Below are positions 9,300 through 17,393 of a stretch of 64,000 nt of DNA, piece after piece. The notes under the pieces are model-generated. The model saw only the letters and a program-made list of their open reading frames with translations, was not told the origin of the DNA and searched no databases. A program made the translations under genes and the position numbers. This DNA comes from a plasmid. The DNA lies in sequence record NZ_CP118990.1. The stretch is one strand, 5' to 3'. Within the stretch, counting starts at the first letter, position 1; each line of letters begins with the position of its first letter.

Positions 9300-9620
9300 A
9301 TGGAAATGACTTTTACAGCCCTGATAGCCCTTGGCGTGAGCTGGTCAGCCGGTGCCGTTCTTGAGGTGTCATCGCATGACGCGGATGTGCGGAAGATGGT
9401 TCTTGATGATATAGCCGAGGACGGCGACAAGGAATTTATTGATGCTCTCGGCGCTGGTCTGCCAAAGTCGGGCCTTATCAAGGTTCATGCCGAACTGGTC
9501 GGCTGGCCGAGCGAGTATGAGGCGGGCGAGTACAGGCTAATCAGCGCCACGACAGTATTGGCTCCTGAGCTGGCTAATGTCATGGCGGCTGATGTGATCG
9601 CCGCAGCAAGCAACTGCTAG
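9300..9620 (+). CDS. hypothetical protein
   Basis: ORF with an RBS (GGGAAAG). Confidence 0.3.
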   Translation: MEMTFTALIALGVSWSAGAVLEVSSHDADVRKMVLDDIAEDGDKEFIDALGAGLPKSGLIKVHAELVGWPSEYEAGEYRLISATTVLAPELANVMAADVIAAASNC

Positions 9621-9790
9621 GGTGTTCATGCTCCGTCATGCGGCTAGCCGGTTGCTGGATCTGGAGTCAACTGAACTGACAGAGGGGGCCGATGGCCGCC
9701 CCGATCCGGTGAAGCTCAAAGAGGCCCAGGCAGTCGCCAAACGCCTTGAAGCGATGGCCGATAGGCTGGAATCCAAGGGATAGAGGAACA

Positions 9791-10087
9791 ATGGGAACAC
9801 TGATTTTTTACTCTAATGACCCCGCGATATTGCCACGGGTTTCCTCGAACGCCCGCGGGGCGGAGAGTTGGAGCGGACTTAGAGTTGATCAGCTTTCCGA
9901 AGAGCAAATAGAGCAGCTCTTTCGATACTGCCGCACGGAAGGATACCGGCAGGGGTGGAATGACGCTGTTGGTCGGCGCATGGGTGACAGCAGGAAGGGG
10001 CCATTCCATCCAGAACTACTGGGTGGGAAACCCAGTAAGTTGTGGCAGGAAAGCTATGACGATGGAACGGAGGAGAGGGGCGCATAG
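9791..10087 (+). CDS. hypothetical protein
   Basis: ORF; internal ATG with an AGAGGAA RBS. Confidence 0.3.
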   Translation: MGTLIFYSNDPAILPRVSSNARGAESWSGLRVDQLSEEQIEQLFRYCRTEGYRQGWNDAVGRRMGDSRKGPFHPELLGGKPSKLWQESYDDGTEERGA

Positions 10088-10191
10088 CCAATTCCCCACA
10101 GGCTCTCCATCCACATGCTGGCTGGGATGAACTGTGAATATATTCGCGTTCCTTTGGAAGATAATTATGACGAGAGGTAAGCCAGACACCT

Positions 10192-10554
10192 ATGACTAGC
10201 ACTAGCAAAGCTAACGGACCATTCCACCAGATCATTCGGGGGAAAGGTTGGACGCTGGTTGAGGTCGGCCTGCGCTGGGGGATTAAAGAACGGCAGATGA
10301 GCCGCATCGCAAACTCGGCAAAGCAAAGAGACCTTGATGCCGCCAACGGTCTACCGTTGAATGACAAAAATGCCTCAAAGATGGTGGGCGAGCCCATGCA
10401 CCAGCACATCCGGGGTAAAGGCTGGACGTTGACCGAGGTAGGAGAACGATGGGGCGTCGCTAAACGGCAAATGAGCCGCATCGTGAAGGCGGGCAAGCCA
10501 AAAGATCTTGATGCCGCAACCGGCTTGCCTCACCAAGACAAGTCAGCCAAGTGA
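10192..10554 (+). CDS. hypothetical protein made of two tandem about 55-aa repeats (possible HTH DNA-binding)
   Basis: IRGKGWTLVEVGLRWGIKERQMSRIANSAKQRDLDAANGLP is repeated as IRGKGWTLTEVGERWGVAKRQMSRIVKAGKPKDLDAATGLP. Confidence 0.4.
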   Translation: MTSTSKANGPFHQIIRGKGWTLVEVGLRWGIKERQMSRIANSAKQRDLDAANGLPLNDKNASKMVGEPMHQHIRGKGWTLTEVGERWGVAKRQMSRIVKAGKPKDLDAATGLPHQDKSAK

Positions 10555-10741
10555 TGGTCTCTAGGAGGTGTGGTGCGGGCATAGCCCATGCAGCCCCAGC
10601 CGAACCGGCTGGGGCTGGGTTTTATTGCGTTTTGCATATGCAGTTGCATTTTGAGATGCAGTGGTACCATTGAATAAAACATTAAGGGGGATTTGACGGT
10701 GAGACCGATCAACACCCTACAACACTAACGAGGTAAGTATC

Positions 10742-11467
10742 ATGATGACATTGACCACTGTCGCCAAAAAGACATCCAACAACTCAGCCCTGGTATTCTG
10801 GCGCGTAGGTACGAAACGCAAGGGCATTCTGGACGTTCGCACGGACTTCGAGCATGAGGAATCTGACCTCCTCGCAGAGTTGATCGCGATTCGACACCTG
10901 GCATTGGATAAGCAGGTATTCTGCCGGGAGCCAGGCGCCGGAGCTGGTTACAAGCTGGTGGTTTCGAAAGGTGCGATCAAGAAACTAGCGTTGGGGAAAT
11001 CAAGTAAGGCATTCGCCGCTAAGTTTGCATCCTTCCTGACTGGCAGGATGCAGGGGGCCACTATTGAAGTGGCCCAAGGCATGGATTACATGGATGAGCC
11101 CGGTGAGAGTAACATCGAACTCCTTGATGTGGACAAGCAGGCATTCACTCAAACCTATGATGAGATCAATACACCTGCTATTGGCCCAGTGCTTGTAACT
11201 CAACATGCCCTCAGCCAATATCAAGCTAGGATCACATCTGGTGACCCCAAGAAACCTTGGGCTTCGCTTGTCGGCCGCCTCAAGCACCCGGAGCTACAGT
11301 TGCAACCATTCGATGAGAGGGTGGCCCGCCACAAAGCAATGAGGTATGGCCGCGTGGATAACGTGGAAGTCTGGGGGCACCGGGATTCTAAATTCAAATA
11401 TCTGATGGTCATCAATGACGATAATAAGAAGCGGGTATTGGTAACTGTATTTGAACGAAAGGAATAG
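10742..11467 (+). CDS. hypothetical protein (241 aa); its last 26 codons lie in direct repeat 1
   Basis: Clean ORF. The C-terminus YLMVINDDNKKRVLVTVFERKE looks like a RelE/ParE terminal strand, but the call is uncertain. Confidence 0.4.
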   Translation: MMTLTTVAKKTSNNSALVFWRVGTKRKGILDVRTDFEHEESDLLAELIAIRHLALDKQVFCREPGAGAGYKLVVSKGAIKKLALGKSSKAFAAKFASFLTGRMQGATIEVAQGMDYMDEPGESNIELLDVDKQAFTQTYDEINTPAIGPVLVTQHALSQYQARITSGDPKKPWASLVGRLKHPELQLQPFDERVARHKAMRYGRVDNVEVWGHRDSKFKYLMVINDDNKKRVLVTVFERKE

Positions 11468-11552
11468 TTGAGTAATTTGTCATATAGATCTTATTCTGCA
11501 AGGTGTAAAAAATCGGTGCCGACTAGGCAGTTATCGGACAGATCGCCTTGAA
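11389..11552. repeat. Direct repeat copy 1 (164 bp, identical to 14609-14772)
   Basis: Perfect 164-bp match read in the sequence. Confidence 0.9.
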
Positions 11553-11900
11553 TGTGGATAGTCGATGAACGATCTCCGGGTTGATAGGAGCGACGCAGGG
11601 TCTTGCCATCAACGGCAATCAATGCCCCATCCATCTGCTGCTGGATGGCCTGGGTCCAGCGAATGAATGCTGCCTGAAACTGCTCTGGCTGGATGCGGGA
11701 GATGATCCTGGCGATGGTGTCATGCACAGGAATACCATTTAGAAACAGTCCCTTATCTTGAAGCCATGCCAGATGGACCTCGCCAAAGTCTTCGATGTCC
11801 TCCCACCCCTGAGCGCCACCAATCACAGCGCAAACGGTCAGAAACAGGACATCGTAAAAGGGATAAGAGATTTTTGGATGATGTCACACTGGTGGTTTCA
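11553..11900 (-). pseudogene. ISAs1-family (H-repeat) transposase N-terminal remnant, fused to direct repeat 1
   Basis: GAQGWEDIEDFG...GIPVHDTIARI...AVDGKTLRRSY aligns with the intact ISAs1 Tnp at 62383 (GAEGWNDIETYG...GIPRRHTVARI...AFDGKVLRGSF). GTG start; stop 5 codons upstream; 3' part absent. Confidence 0.7.
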
Positions 11901-12437
11901 GAAGGGGATACGACGCAGATAGACCACATTGTCGTTGCTCCAACCGGAATATTTGTCGTCGAGACAAAGTTCTATAAAGGCCGGATTTATGGCAAGGAAT
12001 CAGACAAGCAGTGGACCCAGAAAATCTTCAAGAACACCTATAAGTTCCAGAACCCGTTTCGTCAGAACTACAAGCATGTGAAGGCTATTGAGGCACTTCT
12101 TCCCAACATTGGGTTGGCAAACATTCATTCCGTGGTTGTCATGCTCGGGGAATGTGAGTGGGCAAGCAAAGATCGACCAGCAGCTCTCTTCACTTCCGGG
12201 TGGAAAGCGGCGGACTACATTAACGACATGATTGCCAGTGGACAGAAGGTGCTCGATGTCGAAGAGGCCTCTGCGAGGCTCCAGAGTCTCAGGCTAAATG
12301 TTTCTCGAAAGGCTGGGCGCGGTGGTAGGACTATTGCAGAGGCAGTTAAAGAAGGTATTAATGTTCGTGTAATACAAGAATCTAATGGTGATATTGTTTC
12401 GGGTTTTCCAACAAACGTACCAAGGAATCCAAAATGA
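11766..12437 (+). CDS. NERD (nuclease-related domain) protein; 5' end replaced by the IS remnant
   Basis: DHIVVAPTGIFVVETKFYKG...QNPFRQNYKHVKAIEALLP NERD core. The N-terminal 40 codons overlap ISAs1-derived sequence. Confidence 0.5.
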   Translation: MPDGPRQSLRCPPTPERHQSQRKRSETGHRKRDKRFLDDVTLVVSEGDTTQIDHIVVAPTGIFVVETKFYKGRIYGKESDKQWTQKIFKNTYKFQNPFRQNYKHVKAIEALLPNIGLANIHSVVVMLGECEWASKDRPAALFTSGWKAADYINDMIASGQKVLDVEEASARLQSLRLNVSRKAGRGGRTIAEAVKEGINVRVIQESNGDIVSGFPTNVPRNPK

Positions 12438-12709
12438 AAAATGAATATAGAGAAATTGAATCCACGCTAGATCTTTTGCTTATGGTGCTGTCTGATTCGT
12501 TTTCTGAATCTGAAAGTATAGAAGTGCAAGAATTTATTGATGTGGGTGAGTATGGAATCGCACTAGAAACTATCATTGACATTATTAATGAAGAGTCAAA
12601 GAACATAACAAATGAAGCTGAGTTTCTGATTGAAAAAGCAGGGAGGATAATGAATATGGATACTGCATCCATTGTGGATAAGATTTCAAAACATATAGAT
12701 AAAGAATAA
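12434..12709 (+). CDS. small acidic protein, immunity-protein-like (91 aa)
   Basis: pI-acidic, low GC; adjacent to the Rhs tip and small membrane proteins. Confidence 0.35.
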   Translation: MKNEYREIESTLDLLLMVLSDSFSESESIEVQEFIDVGEYGIALETIIDIINEESKNITNEAEFLIEKAGRIMNMDTASIVDKISKHIDKE

Positions 12710-12710
12710 G

Positions 12711-12953
12711 ATGAAAAAAATCGGTTTAAAATATAGAGCAGTATATCTGCTTGGATTTCCGTTAGCTGGAGTCCTTATAGGGATTGCAGTGTTCGCTTTA
12801 TTCAACTATGTGAATGGGCCTCTAAGTAAATTCGCCTTATATCTGTCCGTTGGTGTTTGGGGGGGGTATGGAGTGTTCTCAGGAACCTATGGATACTTAA
12901 ATCTAAGGAAAATATTAAAGTTAAAGAGAGCTAATGAGGAATCCAAGGATTAA
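12711..12953 (+). CDS. small membrane protein (2 TM), immunity-like
   Basis: Hydrophobic helices; low-GC island. Confidence 0.3.
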   Translation: MKKIGLKYRAVYLLGFPLAGVLIGIAVFALFNYVNGPLSKFALYLSVGVWGGYGVFSGTYGYLNLRKILKLKRANEESKD

Positions 12954-13000
12954 TTACGGCTCACATGGTTCTGCTATTGGCGTAGCTTTGGGGACGGTTT

Positions 13001-13300
13001 ATGGAAATCAATAACTGGTTTGATTTTATTATATACACAATTTATTTCTTTGGGGTTGTGATAGTTATCCTTCCTACTGGGGTTATCTTTCTTTGGTTGA
13101 CATTGAAAAATCTTGTCAAAATGAGAACCCCGAGATACGAAATAAAGCACTACAAGTATTTCTCTGCAAGAAATATATTTGAAGTGTGTGTTGCAGGTGT
13201 TTTTTCTGTGGCTTTTTCTGTTTGGTATCTGTTTTTTGCCAAAGGGGGAAATCTGTTTCTTTATCCGTCAGAGGTAATGAGATTTTTTTCAGGCGGATGA
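13001..13300 (+). CDS. small membrane protein, immunity-like
   Basis: Hydrophobic helices. Confidence 0.3.
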   Translation: MEINNWFDFIIYTIYFFGVVIVILPTGVIFLWLTLKNLVKMRTPRYEIKHYKYFSARNIFEVCVAGVFSVAFSVWYLFFAKGGNLFLYPSEVMRFFSGG

Positions 13301-13348
13301 TAGTGTGGATCAGGCTCTGGCGTTGGCCCGGCCGCCGTCAGCGGCCAA

Positions 13349-13759
13349 GTGGTTTGGAAGGCGAGCTACAGCCCGTTCGGTAAGGCCAGCGTCACCACCC
13401 AGGGGCCAACCTTCAACCTGCGATTCCCAGGACAGTATTACGACGCGGAGACCGGGCTCCATTACAACTGGCATCGCTACTATGACCCAGCACTTGGCCG
13501 TTACTTACAATCAGACCGCCTTGGCCTGTTCGATGGGGTGGATACCTATGGGTATGTTCGCGCAAACCCTTTATCTGCCGGAGCGGCGGCTGGTGCGGGT
13601 ATAGCCAGCCTGCTTGGTCAAAGTGCTGGTCTATATGTTTCAGGAAAGGATGTTACTGATTACTGTAATTATGATTTTTCCGCTGTGGCTGGAGCTGCGC
13701 TGGGAGGGGCTTTAGGAGGACCTCTAGGAAGTACAATAGGGCGTTATATTAGCCCTTAG
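13349..13759 (+). CDS. Orphan Rhs C-terminal fragment: last YD repeats, RHS core-end motif, and a short glycine-zipper toxin tip
   Basis: [51 protein letters not shown] matches the RHS repeat-associated core (RYYDPxxGRYxxxDPIGLxGGxNxYxYVxNNP). Then a Gly-rich [11 protein letters not shown]...[13 protein letters not shown] tail. Confidence 0.65.
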   Translation: MVWKASYSPFGKASVTTQGPTFNLRFPGQYYDAETGLHYNWHRYYDPALGRYLQSDRLGLFDGVDTYGYVRANPLSAGAAAGAGIASLLGQSAGLYVSGKDVTDYCNYDFSAVAGAALGGALGGPLGSTIGRYISP

Positions 13760-13823
13760 CGCTTTACAATCATTGGACGTCCATTAAGTTCATCAGGGAT
13801 AAATAAAATTCCGGGAAATACTG

Positions 13824-14153
13824 TTGGCTCTGTGGTTGAAGGTGTTACCGTTGGCTCGGGTGAATTATTTGGTAAGGGGTTTTAATATGATGTGGATTGT
13901 TACGGCCATGTACTTTGTTGTTGTATCAGGTCTTTTATTAGTAGGGTTCGTTGTTTATGGGAAAACTCTATTTTTCCTGGGTAGGTCCGGTGCCTTTGCT
14001 AAATATGTGGGGGGGGGGGTATTGTTTACGTGTTGTTTGCGTGTGTATTGGTTGCACCGTTATTTATTGCTCCCGTGTTTATCAATGGGTGGCGTGAAGC
14101 TTTTAATTCTAATGTGGTTTATGCAGTTTATTTTATGGTGCTTTTTGTTTTAG
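13824..14153 (+). CDS. small polytopic membrane protein, candidate immunity protein for the Rhs tip
   Basis: Immediately downstream of the Rhs CT; 3 hydrophobic helices. Confidence 0.35.
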   Translation: MALWLKVLPLARVNYLVRGFNMMWIVTAMYFVVVSGLLLVGFVVYGKTLFFLGRSGAFAKYVGGGVLFTCCLRVYWLHRYLLLPCLSMGGVKLLILMWFMQFILWCFLF

Positions 14154-14282
14154 CAGCATTACCGGGTGGGCTGTATTTCAAAAAGAATTTCTTATCTCGT
14201 CTGAGAAGGCTTGGCTACTTTAAGAAAAGGCAGTATTGAGAACGGCTTGAAATATTGCCACCAGCGGTTAAGCCTGCTGGTG

Positions 14283-14608
14283 GCGTAGGGAAGGTGCGAA
14301 TAAGTCACCAAACATAAAAATGTGTGGGATGAAAATAAAGTTTCATCCTTGCAAATAAAGTGTCATCCCAACGGGATGAAAGCATTGATTTTGCTGGGCT
14401 GTAGCCGTTCTTACTGCTCAAATCACTGACTTTAGGATGAAACTTTAACCATCGTAGCGGGCTGGATCGCAACGTAATTTCTGGGTTTCAAGGCGGCGAA
14501 AGGATGAAACTTTATTTTCATCCAACAAAATGCGCCCTTGTAAGTATTTGAATTTAATGAACTAAATTTTTCTGTTTCGTTGTGGAGGGTGCTTATTCGC
14601 ACCCTCCA
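14283..14608. repeat. Non-coding palindromic module (MITE-like) with three GGATGAAA-N-TTTCATCC palindromes and a terminal inverted repeat GGTGCGAATAAG / CTTATTCGCACC
   Basis: Palindromes at 14329-14350, 14363-14381 and 14501-14522. The right end forms a GGAGGGTGCttattcGCACCCTCC hairpin. Confidence 0.5.
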
Positions 14609-14772
14609 TAAATTCAAATATCTGATGGTCATCAATGACGATAATAAGAAGCGGGTATTGGTAACTGTATTTGAACGAAAGGAATAGTTGAGTAATTTGT
14701 CATATAGATCTTATTCTGCAAGGTGTAAAAAATCGGTGCCGACTAGGCAGTTATCGGACAGATCGCCTTGAA
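14609..14772. repeat. Direct repeat copy 2 (164 bp)
   Basis: Identical to 11389-11552. Confidence 0.9.
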
Positions 14773-15253
14773 AAAGCAGAGTAGAGATCTCTTGCTCTGT
14801 AATTAAATTATTGCTTTTAAGAACATTTATTAAGGCTGTATCAGCAATATCGTGGAATCCCTCAATAAGGTCTTCCACCATTGCGGCAGCCTTTCGTTCT
14901 TCTTCGCTTTTCCCCATCGACCCGTCGCAGAGCCAATCTTCCACATTGCCGTATTGGGCAACGTAACTGAGTTGTTCGCACTCATGCGCAATCAGCCCAG
15001 TAACTCTCTCCATGAGTAGGTCATCGTAGGTGGGGAGTACCAGCACTGCGCCATGGCCTGGGATGTTGCGTTGGACCGTCGCCTCACTCTGAGGGCTACT
15101 TTTGAGCCATGAGAAGGCCCAAAGACCAGAACCGATCTTTTCAAGAAATATGCCTCGCTCGGAGAAGAAATCGGAGACATTTTTGAAGATGGTGCCACCT
15201 GGAGCGGCCATCGAATAGATGGATGCCATTAGCTCATCCTGACTCATGTACAT
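14711..15253 (-). CDS. hypothetical protein (180 aa), convergent partner of the gene at 10742
   Basis: Clean ORF. Its last 19 codons (QGDLSDNCLVGTDFLHLAE) are duplicated in repeat copy 1, where they are fused to the ISAs1 remnant. Confidence 0.45.
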   Translation of the reverse strand: MYMSQDELMASIYSMAAPGGTIFKNVSDFFSERGIFLEKIGSGLWAFSWLKSSPQSEATVQRNIPGHGAVLVLPTYDDLLMERVTGLIAHECEQLSYVAQYGNVEDWLCDGSMGKSEEERKAAAMVEDLIEGFHDIADTALINVLKSNNLITEQEISTLLFQGDLSDNCLVGTDFLHLAE

Positions 15254-15496
15254 TCACACACACCTCTTGACTTGTTAATTTGTTTGTATAAGCGACCATC
15301 ACCGGGTCGATAATAAATCACGATCCTTGTACTAGACTTGTATAAGCAAAGATTGTACCAGTAGTACGGATTTCGAGTTAGGTTGCACAGTAAACTACCC
15401 GACAGACTATGACTGATAAAATTAAACTGCATCAGATTTTAGTCTATTCGATTGTAGACTGCTGAAAAGAGGATTAGCTCAAAGTGCGGGGGGAAC

Positions 15497-15543
15497 TTAA
15501 ATGGCTCATTGCGCTGAGTGTTTCTACACAATGAGCCATTTAA
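15497..15543. promoter_or_regulatory. 15-bp perfect inverted repeat TTAAATGGCTCATTG...CAATGAGCCATTTAA with a 17-nt loop, downstream of csf2
   Basis: Read directly. It is preceded by GCGGGGGGAACTTAAATGG, which resembles the CRISPR repeat 3' part. Confidence 0.4.
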
Positions 15544-15644
15544 TTGACCCTCTACAAGGGGAGGGAGTGACTGTTGGGGCTTTGAAGAGGCACCTAAGAC
15601 AATAGGCGTAAACCGCCAACTATTGGGCGGAAGCGACACGTCTG

Positions 15645-16676
15645 TCAGGCGTCTTTCTTTACCTTGTGGAAGGAGCTGGTGACGTCGTTGCGCCAAGCGT
15701 CATAGGCTAGGTGCAGCACTTCTCCCTCAACCCGGAACCCTTCACCATCAAATTCGATCTTACCAATAGTCACTGGGCTCAGTGCCTTCGGCGGCCAAGT
15801 CTTCACATCCCAAGAGCCGGATACCAAACCGCAGTTATGAGCTTGGTGTCCGCCCATGCGGGGGGAACGAGCGAATTCTAACAAAGCAGCAATGAAAAAG
15901 CCCAGTTCGATCTGACTGACTGACTTGAGGGACATGCGGTGCTCCATCACTGTACCGGCGCAGATCGCCTCGTATTGGTCGATGGGGCGACGTATAGACT
16001 CCCGAGCCTCCCCCTTCTGATCTTTGCGATCTTGGATTTGTGCGTCCAATGCCGCGAGCTGGTCAAACAACACCCTTTTCTCGTCGTTCGGAGCCGTTTT
16101 CAACTGTTTTTTCAGCTCTTTTTGCTTGTCCTTCAATACTCCGACGTCGGCGGAGGCAAGGGTCTGCTCTTCCAAAATGGTTTGGAGCCGGTTTCTTTCC
16201 GACTGATCCAGTGTTTCGAGGAGCTCCGGGGAGCGTTCAAACATGATGGTGCGAGCACCACCACCAAACATGGCCGTTGCATTGGCCGTGATGGGGAAGC
16301 CGTTCCCTATGTTAGCTTTTGATGGAAGCCCCCATATGCCGAAGAGACTCAGCATCGGGTTGCCTTCGCGCAAGTGTCGATCAGAGTTCACCTCGTCGTC
16401 GGCAGGGGCAGAAATATCTCCCACAATGTCTACCCCTTGGGCCAACATGAAATGCTCTGCCAGGTCAAATGGTGGGCGTTGATTGTCTTCATTGAACATC
16501 AACACAACCCGGTGCGCAGCATGGCGCAATGAACCACGGGTAGTCGTTGCAGGCCAATAAGCTGGGGCATCGAACCCGCCATTACGTGGCAGGCGGCCCT
16601 GGGTGTTTTTTATGGTGACGGTCAAGGGCTCAACTGCGGTCAGGTGGCCGTCGAAAACAAAGGTACTTTGAGTCAT
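15645..16676 (-). CDS. csf2: Type IV-A Cas7 (Csf2)
   Basis: 343 aa. Last gene of the dinG-containing cas operon. Gly-rich FGGGARTI loop; size and position fit Csf2. Confidence 0.6.
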   Translation of the reverse strand: MTQSTFVFDGHLTAVEPLTVTIKNTQGRLPRNGGFDAPAYWPATTTRGSLRHAAHRVVLMFNEDNQRPPFDLAEHFMLAQGVDIVGDISAPADDEVNSDRHLREGNPMLSLFGIWGLPSKANIGNGFPITANATAMFGGGARTIMFERSPELLETLDQSERNRLQTILEEQTLASADVGVLKDKQKELKKQLKTAPNDEKRVLFDQLAALDAQIQDRKDQKGEARESIRRPIDQYEAICAGTVMEHRMSLKSVSQIELGFFIAALLEFARSPRMGGHQAHNCGLVSGSWDVKTWPPKALSPVTIGKIEFDGEGFRVEGEVLHLAYDAWRNDVTSSFHKVKKDA

Positions 16677-16694
16677 GGAAATTCCTTGTTGATG

Positions 16695-17393
16695 TTAAAT
16701 CAGCTGGTGAAGCATTTCAGAACGGACCCTTTGGGGGGCGACAATGGGCATTTTTTCTTTTGAGTAATACGGAGGGAGCAGTGGCGATAGGCCTGGTACC
16801 CCATCGATCCCGGATGATACCGGGAGTGGTCGATTAGCCTTATCCAACAGGATAAGGCTGGCATCTTCCTGCATGGGGGTGATGATCAGATTATCAAAGG
16901 CTCCCATCTGGCAGTTCTGAGCGTCGTAACCTAAGCCCAGAACGAAAAAATCCAGCAACCCCTTTATCAGGTAGGGATTCCCCAATCCATCGAACACTGC
17001 AAAAGGGGCTTGGTAAGCGGGCATCTCCCGCAAGCGTCGTTTGGTCGGTCCTCCCTTGAGCTTGATCTTCACATAGCGTCCTTTGCCGTTGGGGGCAAAC
17101 ATCGCCGGAGATAGTTTCTCGGGAGTATGCCGATCTGCTCTGACGTAGCTGCCGACAGTCAAGCCAACGGCCATCGTGACACCGAATCTCATTGCCGAGG
17201 CATGGAAGACACCAAGTTGGTCGTTATAGAGAAGGTAGTTGCTCATTTCCTGCAAGAGTTCTTCCCTGCTGGCAAGTGGGGAGCGCTGGCTCAGAGCCTC
17301 AAAAACCAAAGCATCAAGAGTTGGGGGGTAGTCAGTTAATACCACCGGGGTCTTTAACGACATGACCAGGCGAAAGGGTTCAAATTCGAACAT
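16695..17393 (-). CDS. csf3: Type IV-A Cas5 (Csf3)
   Basis: 232 aa. Stop/start overlap with dinG; size and position fit Csf3. Confidence 0.55.
   Translation of the reverse strand: MFEFEPFRLVMSLKTPVVLTDYPPTLDALVFEALSQRSPLASREELLQEMSNYLLYNDQLGVFHASAMRFGVTMAVGLTVGSYVRADRHTPEKLSPAMFAPNGKGRYVKIKLKGGPTKRRLREMPAYQAPFAVFDGLGNPYLIKGLLDFFVLGLGYDAQNCQMGAFDNLIITPMQEDASLILLDKANRPLPVSSGIDGVPGLSPLLPPYYSKEKMPIVAPQRVRSEMLHQLI

Noticed and set aside
8355-9620. The shared MAADVIAA peptide in the ORFs at 8355 and 9563, as evidence of paralogy
   Set aside because: Only about 30 nt are similar and the surrounding sequence is unrelated. This is likely coincidence or a tiny duplication, not a repeat family.
9879-10496. 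205-aa minus-strand ORF
   Set aside because: It overlaps two compact plus-strand genes, including the internally repeated 120-aa ORF, and has no start context.
11221-11415. 64-aa minus-strand ORF MMTIRYLNL..., duplicated at 14432-14635
   Set aside because: It lies within the 164-bp repeat and MITE-like DNA and is antisense to a real gene end, so it is an artefact of the repeat.
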